In this document: positions 12,101 to 19,926 of the stretch, piece after piece
How positions within the stretch are numbered: position 1 is the first letter of the stretch
Layout: each line of letters starts with the position of its first letter
IMG/VR virus record: IMGVR_UViG_3300029544_000001
Reading direction: 5' to 3' (one strand)
Origin: a virus
Lineage: Duplodnaviria > Heunggongvirae > Uroviricota > Caudoviricetes
Length of the DNA: 51,285 bases
Made by a program: the position numbers and the translations under genes
The notes under the pieces: generated by a model
What the model saw: only the letters and a program-made list of their open reading frames with translations
Databases searched by the model: none
Told to the model about the DNA's origin: nothing

Positions 12101-12174
12101 GCTTTAGTAATGGCTTCTTCAACGGCAACAACAAGTACAACAGTGGCATGGTGAGAGCGGTTGCAGCATTTTAG
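6145..12174 (+). CDS. DGR target protein (2009 aa): Ig-like/LamG-like, CotH-kinase-like and LRR-like regions and a C-terminal C-type-lectin-fold variable domain
   Basis: C-terminal WYLPSVGEL...YWSSSE...VRAVAAF matches CLec-fold DGR targets and is encoded by the VR. LRR-like periodicity at ~10310-10560. Confidence 0.88.
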   Translation: MAKKFRTDEIPAGKFTEDWGGNKNNTIPAAPDETNLLPYSGEAVQKFIKSYLQDHENNKIGHIPPMTKDPDGFYHIRAFANKNTYNEWLADPDENQALKLLDVTIPISDEQGVMNIVELTTASNQTNYVSIDGSVVLKMRFTSQTYNPVTGKYANTYEDGTMTIQRRASASDSWRTIGTMAIKSVEAESDTYTDVDISGLLNSGTCQLRIIVTGDQTQSTTTYVVFQSVTKTELKLTFRNEWQQPITGATMSLLYTYTGAVAKTLNLKISGEGGVRSVQYAVGKVEYTETPNQFDVTDTEGDSVKVMSHGVHEIEAWLSVDGTDVESEHIVSQVMIVSDPDNKTPYIILNQIVKSLVNWTSVQFFQWAIYNPGSDVLPVTFKLTDIQEVENYLSYTEQQAQNGVVYTFGNMIEIESKETNFSAYMLFSTGEKYLRDRISFNVDNSQNFAPTDGADLIINPKLRSNTETHPDTIINTVSGENVPATFENFGFISDGWVEDDNGIKCLRVPSGRNIAIDYETFSDFIQAQKTGSLTFEIDYAIRNVTNEDEPVLRMCSYTKDNNPLGWEMKPIDACFMTQSKVTRKNQDVGYNEGVRTKIAVNLLYNLSSTGQNYCRIFINGIINREINYATDDTFVQYVDGKQTSQGIRIGSSGADIDIYSIKVYKKALTANDVRQNYMASLDNSEEKITFRDSNNILDGNTISYDLAYEKYNVILWKGKYATYGNTKKDKFNGTLIIHIPGEPENSGTLYDMNEKGQGTSSMLYWWWNGQWGFNEDGYWVDENGVNRGKCYQLTNDVPGALKLVGKVNFASSAQSHKIGSTALFNDLFKAVCGGNSITNTEGFENCRVAVLQKPFLFFVQEDENSEPQFKSFMTFGPGKGDKPTFGYDKTKFPDYVCLEGADNDRALVMCRVPWIDEDVTLEGEEDWMYNGEKQMSLVFGDTNKIAPIKSGFNFVFKHYDNIDYFNGTIEDLNAAENLDTSKHYWLTKSGRNNAQFDLFRYDFITSTWVGAGIEKIESGRYSTVNINEQCGNIASGTDWDAINSSFKTARIALFKADAGKYFNLTETHFAMNFCKLIAASDNRGKNIYFYVDPKTHLIGWHQDDLDTIFPVNNVGQREKPYYVEEHDKNNDGGFYWNSEGNALFNQMENAFPDELRTNMRSILQAMLKLSDDGTLMGCMEKYYFYVQRYFPAVAYNEVARLVYERARTAYVSSDPENKYTNGTDPITQSLGDGLQAEMQWVARRLTYISSYAAFGDFGRRDGEGSAGSLNFRSIIKTDGTRPQFKFSIVPHIWMYPSFAIGSTLSYGVGNALSPRIKAGETYDVNVGTSDGNTNIFLNGIDYMRSIGDFTDKSLGETFNLSGARLTAFHVDGKDVVEFRPTGMTITAPLLQELVLKRVASLVGGLDLSILLKLRMLNLVGTMLSSVVLPATEYLEEVHLPGTLTSLSLDQQPNLRTITLEGADRMQSLSIGAGIVDSRTIFNLCFTGNAPLNYLKLASINWTEVSLYMINYLASITDSSVSGKIAVINNTTNRPNFNNKIDWLYHWGNVDDENNNLHITYYSTPIAAIEIKGSQYIYSTGEHTFYCKPNTTNGNDVVSIRWSLDTNLYAKIVNTSKDYCVINVSQLGDEDTLAPHTTLRCYLTKTNGEVLEASWDIGLYPRRAHLGDYVFYDGTYGPTTAGKTVVGICFYINPADANDRRMVALSNLENSGIVWGLYPQNTGQTEEWNEQYAIYPIELQDDVNYSVYDIGSIANITQTGLQPTEYDDQGHTSSNYIRYDNYVDENTIDGFVNSDVKTAAVGDGIAAPGTTNTGKEELAADLAILSGAYKKGDEVPVGLAKTLKIIQHRNKILEDSGVNLPIPEATDLYTEQAMLTQYINNIIANNENLSKYQQFYYPAASKCYAYQPTVKAGEELADKFKYHNWYLPSVGELMRMYWHARQGVNYDDDKIGAIFQKAIDAGILNDFSNSWYWSSSEGSQSGSWFVGFSNGFFNGNNKYNSGMVRAVAAF
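12053..12168 (+). repeat. DGR variable repeat (VR)
   Basis: 116-bp ungapped match to 12824-12939 with 15 mismatches, all opposite TR adenines. Confidence 0.97.
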
Positions 12175-12178
12175 TATA

Positions 12179-12202
12179 GTGGAGCGTCTTTTGACGCTCC
12201 AC
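12179..12202 (+). promoter_or_regulatory. DGR target-recognition hairpin/cruciform downstream of VR
   Basis: Perfect 10-bp stem GTGGAGCGTC-TTTT-GACGCTCCAC, 4 bp after the target stop codon. Confidence 0.85.
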
Positions 12203-12303
12203 AAAAATAAATATGCCATAATTGTAAACCTCTACAGAAAAAATAAAGTATTCGTAAATAAACTATATGTAATAAGACACATTGTGAATAAAATCTTTTA
12301 ATT

Positions 12304-12705
12304 ATGGCAAGAACAATTCGTAATGCAGGAAGTGCACCTATTTACAGAGAAACAGAAAATTTAATGTTACTCTGTATAGAAATGGTAGAACGAACTCCTA
12401 ATAGTGTAGGAATTCGTCAATTAAGCAAACGTCTCATAGACACTCTGCTTGATGGATTAACAGTGATAGGATTGGCTTTAAATGAAGAAGACCCTGATTC
12501 CAAACTTGAACTTATTAATTCATTTTATTTGCAAATGCGTACAGTGAAAACTTGCATTGACACCTTAAAAGAGTGGTCAAATCGGAGTCCTCATACACGC
12601 ATAATTAGCAACAAGCAAATGCCACATTTTGCTGAATCTTTAAAGGAAATTTCAAAGCATATTAAAAGCTGGAGAAGCAAAGTGTTGGAGCAGCAGACCT
12701 GTTGA
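12304..12705 (+). CDS. avd: DGR accessory variability determinant (Avd-like four-helix bundle)
   Basis: 133-aa helical protein (PIYRET...IISNKQ...EISKHIKSWR) between VR and TR/RT, the canonical Avd position. Confidence 0.85.
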   Translation: MARTIRNAGSAPIYRETENLMLLCIEMVERTPNSVGIRQLSKRLIDTLLDGLTVIGLALNEEDPDSKLELINSFYLQMRTVKTCIDTLKEWSNRSPHTRIISNKQMPHFAESLKEISKHIKSWRSKVLEQQTC

Positions 12706-12717
12706 ACGGTTACGACT

Positions 12718-14139
12718 ATGATAACAGGGACATCTTTATTGAAAAATGGGCGTGTCACTGGGCCTTTACCAAGCGTTAAAGACCTAGTTAAGAACAAGAT
12801 AGTACACGCAATAACCGCAAGCCGGTACTGGAGTAGCAGTGAGAACAGTCAGAACAACAGCTGGAACGTGAACTTTAGTAATGGCAACTTCAACAACAAC
12901 AACAAGTACAACAGTAACATGGTGAGAGCGGTTGCAGCACTTAACGATAAATATGTCGAGGGATGGTTTGATGCGTTAGATGATTGCTGTGCCCAAAAAA
13001 AGACAAGTTCACAATGTGTTATGTATAGACTTATTTGGCATGAAGATCTATTAGATTTAGCGAGAGAAGTTTATGAACGAACATATAGACCAACAACAAG
13101 TACTTGTTTTATAGTTACCCGTCCTAAATTACGGGAAGTGTTTGCTGCAAATTTCCGTGACCGTATTGTACAACATTGGTTGTGTCTACGCTTAGAGCCA
13201 CTGTTTGAGGCACGTTTTGTTGAACACGGAAATGTATCATTTAACTGTCGAAAGGGTTTTGGAACATTTGCATGTATTGATCAGTTGACAAAAAATACAA
13301 TTGAAGTCTCTGATAATTATTCGCACGAGGCTTGGTATGCTCAATTTGATATTAAAGGATTTTTTATGTCAATTGATTGCGAACGATTATTAGAACACTT
13401 ATTACCATTTATCAAAGAAAAATGGAATTATTGGAAAGGGACCATATATGAACAAGATTTAGATTTAGTGCTATGGCTTACAGAAATAATTGTACGACAT
13501 CGACCACAAGATGATTGCATACGTCAAGGAAATTTAAAATTATGGAGAATACTGCCTAAAAACAAAAGCCTGTTTTACAATGAATGGATGAAAGGCGAAC
13601 CAATAGGAAACCTAACCAGTCAATTATTTGCCAATTTTTACATGTCATTTTTTGATGAATGGGCTATTAAAGCAGCAGAAGAAAGAGGAGCCAAATATGT
13701 ACGTTTTGTAGATGATTTTGGCTTTGTATGTAAAACTAAGGAAGATGCAATATATTTTAAAAGAGCTTCTAGGAATCAACTACGGTATATCTTAAATATT
13801 CAAATGCACCCTGATAAAATCTATATTCAAGAAGTTAAAAAAGGAATAAAAATGGTAGGAGGAGTAATTAAGCCGGGTAGAGCTTACTTATCGAATAGAA
13901 CTGTTGGAAACTTTATTAATGCTGTAAGTTATTTAGAAGAAGCATGTAAAAACTGTGACAAGGAAGCTATATATGCCAATGTGAGATCTATAAACTCTTA
14001 TTTAGGTTTCTTAATTCATTATCAGTCATACGGGATCAGGCGCAAAGCATTTTCAGAACTACATTATTTTTGGAAAGCTTGCTATATTCAAGGAAAATTT
14101 CAAGTTGTAAAAATAAAAAACACAGTACAATGTTTATAG
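12718..14139 (+). CDS. DGR reverse transcriptase (true start may be ATG 12919 inside TR)
   Basis: Motifs PKLREVFAANFRDRIVQH, DIKGFFMSI, GEPIGNLTSQLFAN (DGR-type IGNLTSQ) and YVRFVDDF. Confidence 0.95.
   Translation: MITGTSLLKNGRVTGPLPSVKDLVKNKIVHAITASRYWSSSENSQNNSWNVNFSNGNFNNNNKYNSNMVRAVAALNDKYVEGWFDALDDCCAQKKTSSQCVMYRLIWHEDLLDLAREVYERTYRPTTSTCFIVTRPKLREVFAANFRDRIVQHWLCLRLEPLFEARFVEHGNVSFNCRKGFGTFACIDQLTKNTIEVSDNYSHEAWYAQFDIKGFFMSIDCERLLEHLLPFIKEKWNYWKGTIYEQDLDLVLWLTEIIVRHRPQDDCIRQGNLKLWRILPKNKSLFYNEWMKGEPIGNLTSQLFANFYMSFFDEWAIKAAEERGAKYVRFVDDFGFVCKTKEDAIYFKRASRNQLRYILNIQMHPDKIYIQEVKKGIKMVGGVIKPGRAYLSNRTVGNFINAVSYLEEACKNCDKEAIYANVRSINSYLGFLIHYQSYGIRRKAFSELHYFWKACYIQGKFQVVKIKNTVQCL
12824..12939 (+). 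repeat. DGR template repeat (TR)
   Basis: AAC-rich copy of the VR (12 AAC codons plus 1 AAT in the VR reading frame), immediately 5' of the RT core. Confidence 0.97.
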
Positions 14140-14483
14140 CTTATAATCAAGGTAATGAGCAACCTCAACGCATACGACACAATATAAAATTAGGGTTGCG
14201 TCAATACACAATTGCATTTGATGTTAATTTAGTAAAAGAAGGTGAAAATGAACAATACAAATGGTGTGAGATAACCCTTCCAGTTGGAATGCCCACATAT
14301 AGCCAATTGGTTTCAGCTATTATTCATGGACGGTACTCTGATGATGCAATGCAAGCCATTATTAATAATCACCTCCTAGAAGATGAAGATAGTGAACATC
14401 AAAAGGAATGGAATGACATGCAAATGTGGAGAATGGAAGCAAAACGTATGGCCAAGGAAATATTGGAGGAAATAAAGAAATAG
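14130..14483 (+). CDS. Hypothetical phage protein downstream of RT
   Basis: ATG at 14130 overlaps the RT end; 117 aa; the track's TTG start at 14070 lies deep inside the RT gene. Confidence 0.65.
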   Translation: MFIAYNQGNEQPQRIRHNIKLGLRQYTIAFDVNLVKEGENEQYKWCEITLPVGMPTYSQLVSAIIHGRYSDDAMQAIINNHLLEDEDSEHQKEWNDMQMWRMEAKRMAKEILEEIKK

Positions 14484-14501
14484 TTTATCTATTCCCACAT
14501 C

Positions 14502-14530
14502 AACAAATACTTTGTTCAAGGGCTATTCTT
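14502..14530 (+). promoter_or_regulatory. Candidate phage late promoter AAC-N18-CTATTCTT (copy 1)
   Basis: Same motif and spacing at 42357 and 44764, each upstream of a late gene block. Confidence 0.6.
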
Positions 14531-14545
14531 TTGAAAAAGTAATTT

Positions 14546-16504
14546 ATGGGAACAGTAGCAAAATCTTCTATCACACTTGTATCTATTAGCGATGCTTATT
14601 CGTTATTGCTAACCCCTAACTCGTGTGTGATTAAAGCAGATTTCGATGGTTCTAACCCTAAATTAGAACATGCTTATACTATTATTTCAGCATATTGTGG
14701 AGATGAGAAAACCCCAATAGAAATTGATTCCAGCACTATTGTAAAAAGTAACGACAATATAGAATATCAACTAATAAAAGTTGATAGCTATAGATACCGG
14801 TTATCCATTATATCACTTCCTATTGATATATTACAAGGATACATTGAAATTCCAGTTCTTTCTGGAGTAAGTGCAGGGTTAACTGGGCGTTTCACATTTT
14901 CTATTGTACGCGAAAGTACTATGCTGGACTGGATTCAAGATTGGGAAAGCAATAAAACAACTATTGGCTCTTCTTATGTGATTACTCCAAAAATATTTGT
15001 TGGAAAAAAAATAATTGGCAGTCACGACAGTCTTGAAGATATTCCAGGGTTAACGGGTGTATATATTGGTCCTTCAGAAAATAACGGAGCTGGTATATAT
15101 GGATATAAAGATAACAAAGAAATTTTTCATATAGATCAGACTGGAGGGAAAATAGGTGGTTGGGATATTACTTCTGGTGGTATTCAATGTGAAGATGGCA
15201 CATTATCCATAAAATCAGAAGGAGCTATTTCTGCTCAAAGTGAAGGCATCATTCATTGGTCATTAAACAAAGACGGTTCAGCCTCTTTTGCCAATGGTAA
15301 TGTTACAATGGATGTTGAGGGAAACGCCTCATTTAAAGGAACAATAGAAACATCTGGTGGTAGCATTGCAGGATGGACTATAGGAGTCGATAGTATTTAC
15401 AATGGAACTATAGGGATCAATTCATTAAAAAAATTCATTGCCATCGCCAATGTTACTTCCGTCCAGGATACTGGCGATCAGTTAGACTGGGTAAAAGAAT
15501 ACGGTGGTGTTGCAATGTACTATATCAACAATGCCGATTATGGTTTGATAGGATATAAAAATAACGAAAAAGTATTTTCTGCCGGTGCCGACAATTTTAT
15601 AGCAGGTTGGCATTTTGATGAAAATGCTATTTGGCTGGGAACTAAAAATAATAATATCAACCAACACACATCAACAGAAGGTGATATAACCATCGGGACC
15701 AATGGTCTACGAGGATTTAAATGGCGACTAGAAGGTGATGGCTCTGGAGTATTGGCCGGAGGAAATATCACTTGGGATACACAAGGTAATACATCTATCA
15801 CAGGGAAAATTACCGCTACTAGTGGAAGTATTGGCGGCTTTGATATAGGAGATGGAAGAATTGGAGTAACAGAATCCATTGAAATGGATGGCAGATACCA
15901 AGGACTTACTATTCTTTCCAGTTTCATCAAATACTCTTCGGGAGAAGTTTGGACTGGATTTGGCACAAATGTATTCCCTGCATCTTCTGGTCTCAGCGGA
16001 TTATGTAGGTTAGAATATTCAGGAAATACTTATAATAGTGGTATAGGGCTTTTAGTAAAATTTAGACCTAAAGACAATAACTCTTGGTATATACAACAAG
16101 CAATAAACTATGATGGAAATATTTTTGGTATCGGAGGCAAGGCCGAATTTGAGGATACATATATTGGAGCTGCATATACAGACATAATTCAATCACTTTT
16201 TGATCGAACACATACCTTTATATTTACAGATATTGGTTTGGAATTTATGACCATCGAACTACCTAGTAATACTCAAATACAAAATGCTGTAAGTTCCAAA
16301 GATGTTACATTTGAAATTCGCATTATTGTTGCTCATAATTCAGGAAATAGAATCAGAGTACGAGGAGTATCCGGAACACCCTTATTAGATAATGATTGTA
16401 ATTATGTTAATGGAGATAATGGATATTTAGATATGGCACGTGGTGACACAATGATATTAAGATATTGTCAAAACCATTATTATTTAGTAGAATATAGAAC
16501 CTAG
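14546..16504 (+). CDS. Tail fibre/spike-like protein
   Basis: Repeated motifs GGKIGGWDI, GGSIAGWTI, FIAGWHF and SGSIGGFDI typical of trimeric tail proteins. Confidence 0.65.
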   Translation: MGTVAKSSITLVSISDAYSLLLTPNSCVIKADFDGSNPKLEHAYTIISAYCGDEKTPIEIDSSTIVKSNDNIEYQLIKVDSYRYRLSIISLPIDILQGYIEIPVLSGVSAGLTGRFTFSIVRESTMLDWIQDWESNKTTIGSSYVITPKIFVGKKIIGSHDSLEDIPGLTGVYIGPSENNGAGIYGYKDNKEIFHIDQTGGKIGGWDITSGGIQCEDGTLSIKSEGAISAQSEGIIHWSLNKDGSASFANGNVTMDVEGNASFKGTIETSGGSIAGWTIGVDSIYNGTIGINSLKKFIAIANVTSVQDTGDQLDWVKEYGGVAMYYINNADYGLIGYKNNEKVFSAGADNFIAGWHFDENAIWLGTKNNNINQHTSTEGDITIGTNGLRGFKWRLEGDGSGVLAGGNITWDTQGNTSITGKITATSGSIGGFDIGDGRIGVTESIEMDGRYQGLTILSSFIKYSSGEVWTGFGTNVFPASSGLSGLCRLEYSGNTYNSGIGLLVKFRPKDNNSWYIQQAINYDGNIFGIGGKAEFEDTYIGAAYTDIIQSLFDRTHTFIFTDIGLEFMTIELPSNTQIQNAVSSKDVTFEIRIIVAHNSGNRIRVRGVSGTPLLDNDCNYVNGDNGYLDMARGDTMILRYCQNHYYLVEYRT

Positions 16505-16509
16505 AAAAT

Positions 16510-16911
16510 ATGGAGTTAGCTAAAATTTTGCCAGATGGTACAGTTGATTTGAGACATTGCACATCTAAAGAATGTGAAAAATATAAAGAACTAAAACAAA
16601 AGGGATTTCTTGAATTTATATCTGAAACACCTCCTCAAATAACCTTAGAACAAATTGCTACAAATTCTTTTGATATTATAAAAGAGCGAATTGTTCAAAA
16701 ATGGAATATTAAGGCAAATAACCAATATATTAATAATCAAGTAGAAAATCTGAAACACAAGTTAGAAGAAAGTGATTATCAAATAATTAAATGTTATGAA
16801 GCTTCTTTACTTGGAGAAAAGCTTCCGTATGATATAAAAGAATTACATGCTGTTCGCCAACAAATAAGAGATGAGATAAACATACTACAAAAAAAGATAA
16901 GCAATGCGTAA
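16510..16911 (+). CDS. Putative tail fibre assembly chaperone
   Basis: C-terminal LEESDYQIIKCYE...RQQIRDEINIL resembles tail assembly chaperones; follows a fibre gene. Confidence 0.5.
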   Translation: MELAKILPDGTVDLRHCTSKECEKYKELKQKGFLEFISETPPQITLEQIATNSFDIIKERIVQKWNIKANNQYINNQVENLKHKLEESDYQIIKCYEASLLGEKLPYDIKELHAVRQQIRDEINILQKKISNA

Positions 16912-17584
16912 AGATATTCAGATAAATACAAGAACTGGAGATATTGTACTAAGAAACCGTAATACCTTAAATATATATCCATTTAAATGGATTGAGGAAA
17001 GCGATTTATTTCTTACAGCACAAATTACTGTTCCTTCTAGTTTTGATATAAAACAGTTGTACACAATTGGAGCAAAGATAGAAATACCTTATACTCCCGT
17101 TTATAAACCAATAAAAATACGCATTGGTAGAGATTATGGAGGTGATAATATACGTATAGTTATAAACCCAACTAATAATTCTGAATGGTTTGAAGTACAT
17201 ACTAGACTGTTTGGAGCGCATGATAGAATTTTACATGCCTCACAATTAATTATGATTAGTCCCAATTACTACCTTATACAATTAAATGAAGGAATAGCAT
17301 ATTTGTGGGCTGATACTATATCTGATATGGTAAATATAAATGCAAATATTCAAAACCGAAACTTATTGTTACAATGTGTTCCGTCCAACAACTATAGGTA
17401 TCCAACTTCAGGTGTGGGTTTAATTAAATATCTTCATGCCAACCTTAGTCATTCAGGATTAGCAGAAAAGTTACAAACAGAATTCAAAGATGATAAAGTG
17501 GAGATTATTAATGCCGCTTTTAATTCCTATTCAGGAGATCTGGAATTAGACTTAGATTTTTCAGAAGCAGATGCAGGTGTATAA
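16904..17584 (+). CDS. Baseplate wedge protein (gp25/GPW-like C-terminus)
   Basis: YRYPTSGVGLIKYL motif; precedes the LysM-like and baseplate J-like genes. Confidence 0.5.
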   Translation: MRKDIQINTRTGDIVLRNRNTLNIYPFKWIEESDLFLTAQITVPSSFDIKQLYTIGAKIEIPYTPVYKPIKIRIGRDYGGDNIRIVINPTNNSEWFEVHTRLFGAHDRILHASQLIMISPNYYLIQLNEGIAYLWADTISDMVNINANIQNRNLLLQCVPSNNYRYPTSGVGLIKYLHANLSHSGLAEKLQTEFKDDKVEIINAAFNSYSGDLELDLDFSEADAGV

Positions 17585-18509
17585 AGTAAAACGAAATCAG
17601 AACATATTTGATGTTGCAGTAAACACACATGGTTCTATAGAAGGTATATTCGATTTGTTAATCAACAATCCTGATTTATCCTTCCACTCACAATTAAAAG
17701 AAAGTGAAGAAATATATTGGGATGAAGAATTTATTATATATGACAGTATTGTAAATACGTTACAAGCAGAACATATTGTACCGGCAAATGGAGAGAGACA
17801 TGTATATTATAAAAACACAACAGCTCCCTTACGATGCGTCATGTACATATCTCCAGAAGAAGCATCTATTGCATTACAAATGGCAGGAGACGGAAATCTT
17901 ATTGTTGATTGGGGAGACAACAGTGATTTGGAAACTATAACGCTATCCCCCACTCTACAAAAATATGTGCATTTTTTCGATAATTATACCGATGAAAGGT
18001 CAATTAAATTGTATGGTGATTTCAATTTAAAAACCTGGGATTTGTCTTCTATTAATGGCTTAATGATGCCAACTATGCCGCTGGTGGTAGACGAGATAAT
18101 TTCGGAGAAGAACAATCTCTCTCTACAAGGACTATTTTTATGTAAAGGTACATATTTAGTGAAACTGGCTAACATGAGTTTATCCAGTCTTGCCCCCATT
18201 CAGGATATGAATTTATCTAATTTGGAGTTAAGAAATATCAATTATACAAAAGACACAGTTATCAATGACTACTTAATCTATATTGCAAAGCATAATAATC
18301 AACGGAGGAATTGTAAAGTTATATTAGATACACAACCCTCTGGAACATATAAGGAGCCGCTTAAAGATAGTAATGGCAATTATGTTATTACAACTGGTAT
18401 GGAAGCGATATACGTGATTACCCATGAAACTGCATGGAATGAAGCGGGTTCATGGAGCTTTGATATAAATGGAACGATTTATCAATATGAAAATTCAGAC
18501 ATAGCATGA
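17571..18509 (+). CDS. LysM/tail-X-like baseplate protein
   Basis: N-terminal YKVKRNQNIFDVAVNTHGSIEGIFDLLINNPDL is LysM-like. Confidence 0.6.
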   Translation: MQVYKVKRNQNIFDVAVNTHGSIEGIFDLLINNPDLSFHSQLKESEEIYWDEEFIIYDSIVNTLQAEHIVPANGERHVYYKNTTAPLRCVMYISPEEASIALQMAGDGNLIVDWGDNSDLETITLSPTLQKYVHFFDNYTDERSIKLYGDFNLKTWDLSSINGLMMPTMPLVVDEIISEKNNLSLQGLFLCKGTYLVKLANMSLSSLAPIQDMNLSNLELRNINYTKDTVINDYLIYIAKHNNQRRNCKVILDTQPSGTYKEPLKDSNGNYVITTGMEAIYVITHETAWNEAGSWSFDINGTIYQYENSDIA

Positions 18510-19393
18510 GCCGTACATTAACAGAAATATACAATGAAGCCGTGGAGACCAGAAACAAATATCTGGAACTTACAGAGCTAACAAATGACTCAAAGATGTC
18601 AATAATCAATGCTTTCACATGGGTAACAGCTGCTGCAATTTACTCATTTGAAACATTGTTAGACGTTTTTACCACAGATATTGCTAAAACCTTTACCCAA
18701 CGAATTAATGGGACTTCAGCATATTACGCAAATGCCATGTTGAAATGGCAATATGGAGATGATCTAATTATCAATGATGAAGGTACAGCATTTCATTATG
18801 CAACTGAAGATACAACAAAAAGATTGATTACACATGTATCTTATCAAGAGTATTATAATGAAGAATTCAAAGATAATATTTTGATATTAAAAGTTGCTTC
18901 TGGAGAAGGTCGTTCTTTGTCCCAATTGTCTGATGAGGAACTAATTGCAGCACGTGCATATCTCAATCAGATTAAATTTGCAGGTGTTAAGTGTAATGTA
19001 GTTAGTCGTAGAGGCGATGTGCTTGTTCCCAGAGTCACCGTGTATTATGATGGAGCCATTACGAAAGAGGAACTTTACGATAATATTGATACGGCACTTA
19101 TTGACTTTATTGTAAATATGAAATTTGATTCTCTTGTCTACTCACAAAAAATTATAGATGCCATTCAAAAAGTAGAGCATGTTACAGATGTTCATATTGA
19201 TCAAGAAGCTAGTGTAGAACAAGGAATATTTATCGCTCAATATAACGACAACAATGAACTCGGACCATTAACCAAAATTGAACGAAAGTGCTATTTGGCT
19301 AGCGGTTATGCAAAACAAAGTACACAACAAGATGCAGAAAGTGAACTTCCAACTTTTCGTGAAGCAATTGTTATAAAACTAGAAACAGAATGA
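18506..19393 (+). CDS. Baseplate J-like protein
   Basis: Position and C-terminal YLNQIKFAGV...IIDAIQKVEHVTDV pattern. Confidence 0.65.
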   Translation: MSRTLTEIYNEAVETRNKYLELTELTNDSKMSIINAFTWVTAAAIYSFETLLDVFTTDIAKTFTQRINGTSAYYANAMLKWQYGDDLIINDEGTAFHYATEDTTKRLITHVSYQEYYNEEFKDNILILKVASGEGRSLSQLSDEELIAARAYLNQIKFAGVKCNVVSRRGDVLVPRVTVYYDGAITKEELYDNIDTALIDFIVNMKFDSLVYSQKIIDAIQKVEHVTDVHIDQEASVEQGIFIAQYNDNNELGPLTKIERKCYLASGYAKQSTQQDAESELPTFREAIVIKLETE

Positions 19394-19926
19394 GAAGTTA
19401 TCGTATTAACACTGACCGTTTAGTAAATCAGTTAGTTCCTCATTATCTTGGAGGACGAAAACTGATATTATTTCTTCAAGCCATTTTACAACCGTTAAAC
19501 TCTTTGAATATAAAATGGAAAGAATGGGCTGACGAAAAACGAATAGAAGCAGCAATGACCTCCCAGATTATTATGATGGAATATTTCTTAAATTATAAAT
19601 TTAGGAAGTATTTTTTAGACACCTCTGAACATATTGTCATTTCAGATGGTGCTATAAATGGAGTACCGATATATTGGGAAGATGCTAATAAAAATATATG
19701 CGAACTTCCTTTGTATAACGAAGGCGAAACCGAAGTTAGCGGGCACCCAACCACTCCATTGCGTTGGAAAGATGAAAAGATGCCAACAAGTGATGTAAGT
19801 TTTGTAGTAAGTTGTCCTGCTATTAATACCAAGACAATCTCACAAGAGGAACTTACAGCTATGATTACTTATTATGTAGATCGTTATCGTATTGCGGGAA
19901 AAAAATTTAAAGTTACATACGCTTAA
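19390..19926 (+). CDS. Baseplate wedge (gpI-like) protein
   Basis: Follows the J-like gene with an ATGA overlap; ends VDRYRIAGKKFKVTY. Confidence 0.55.
   Translation: MRSYRINTDRLVNQLVPHYLGGRKLILFLQAILQPLNSLNIKWKEWADEKRIEAAMTSQIIMMEYFLNYKFRKYFLDTSEHIVISDGAINGVPIYWEDANKNICELPLYNEGETEVSGHPTTPLRWKDEKMPTSDVSFVVSCPAINTKTISQEELTAMITYYVDRYRIAGKKFKVTYA

Noticed and set aside
12718..14139. RT as group II intron, retron or Abi RT
   Set aside because: The IGNLTSQ motif, adjacent avd and an adenine-specific TR/VR pair identify a DGR; no intron or msr/msd features were seen.
15909..15916. Additional CTATTCTT octamer
   Set aside because: Inside a CDS and lacks the upstream AAC at the conserved spacing.
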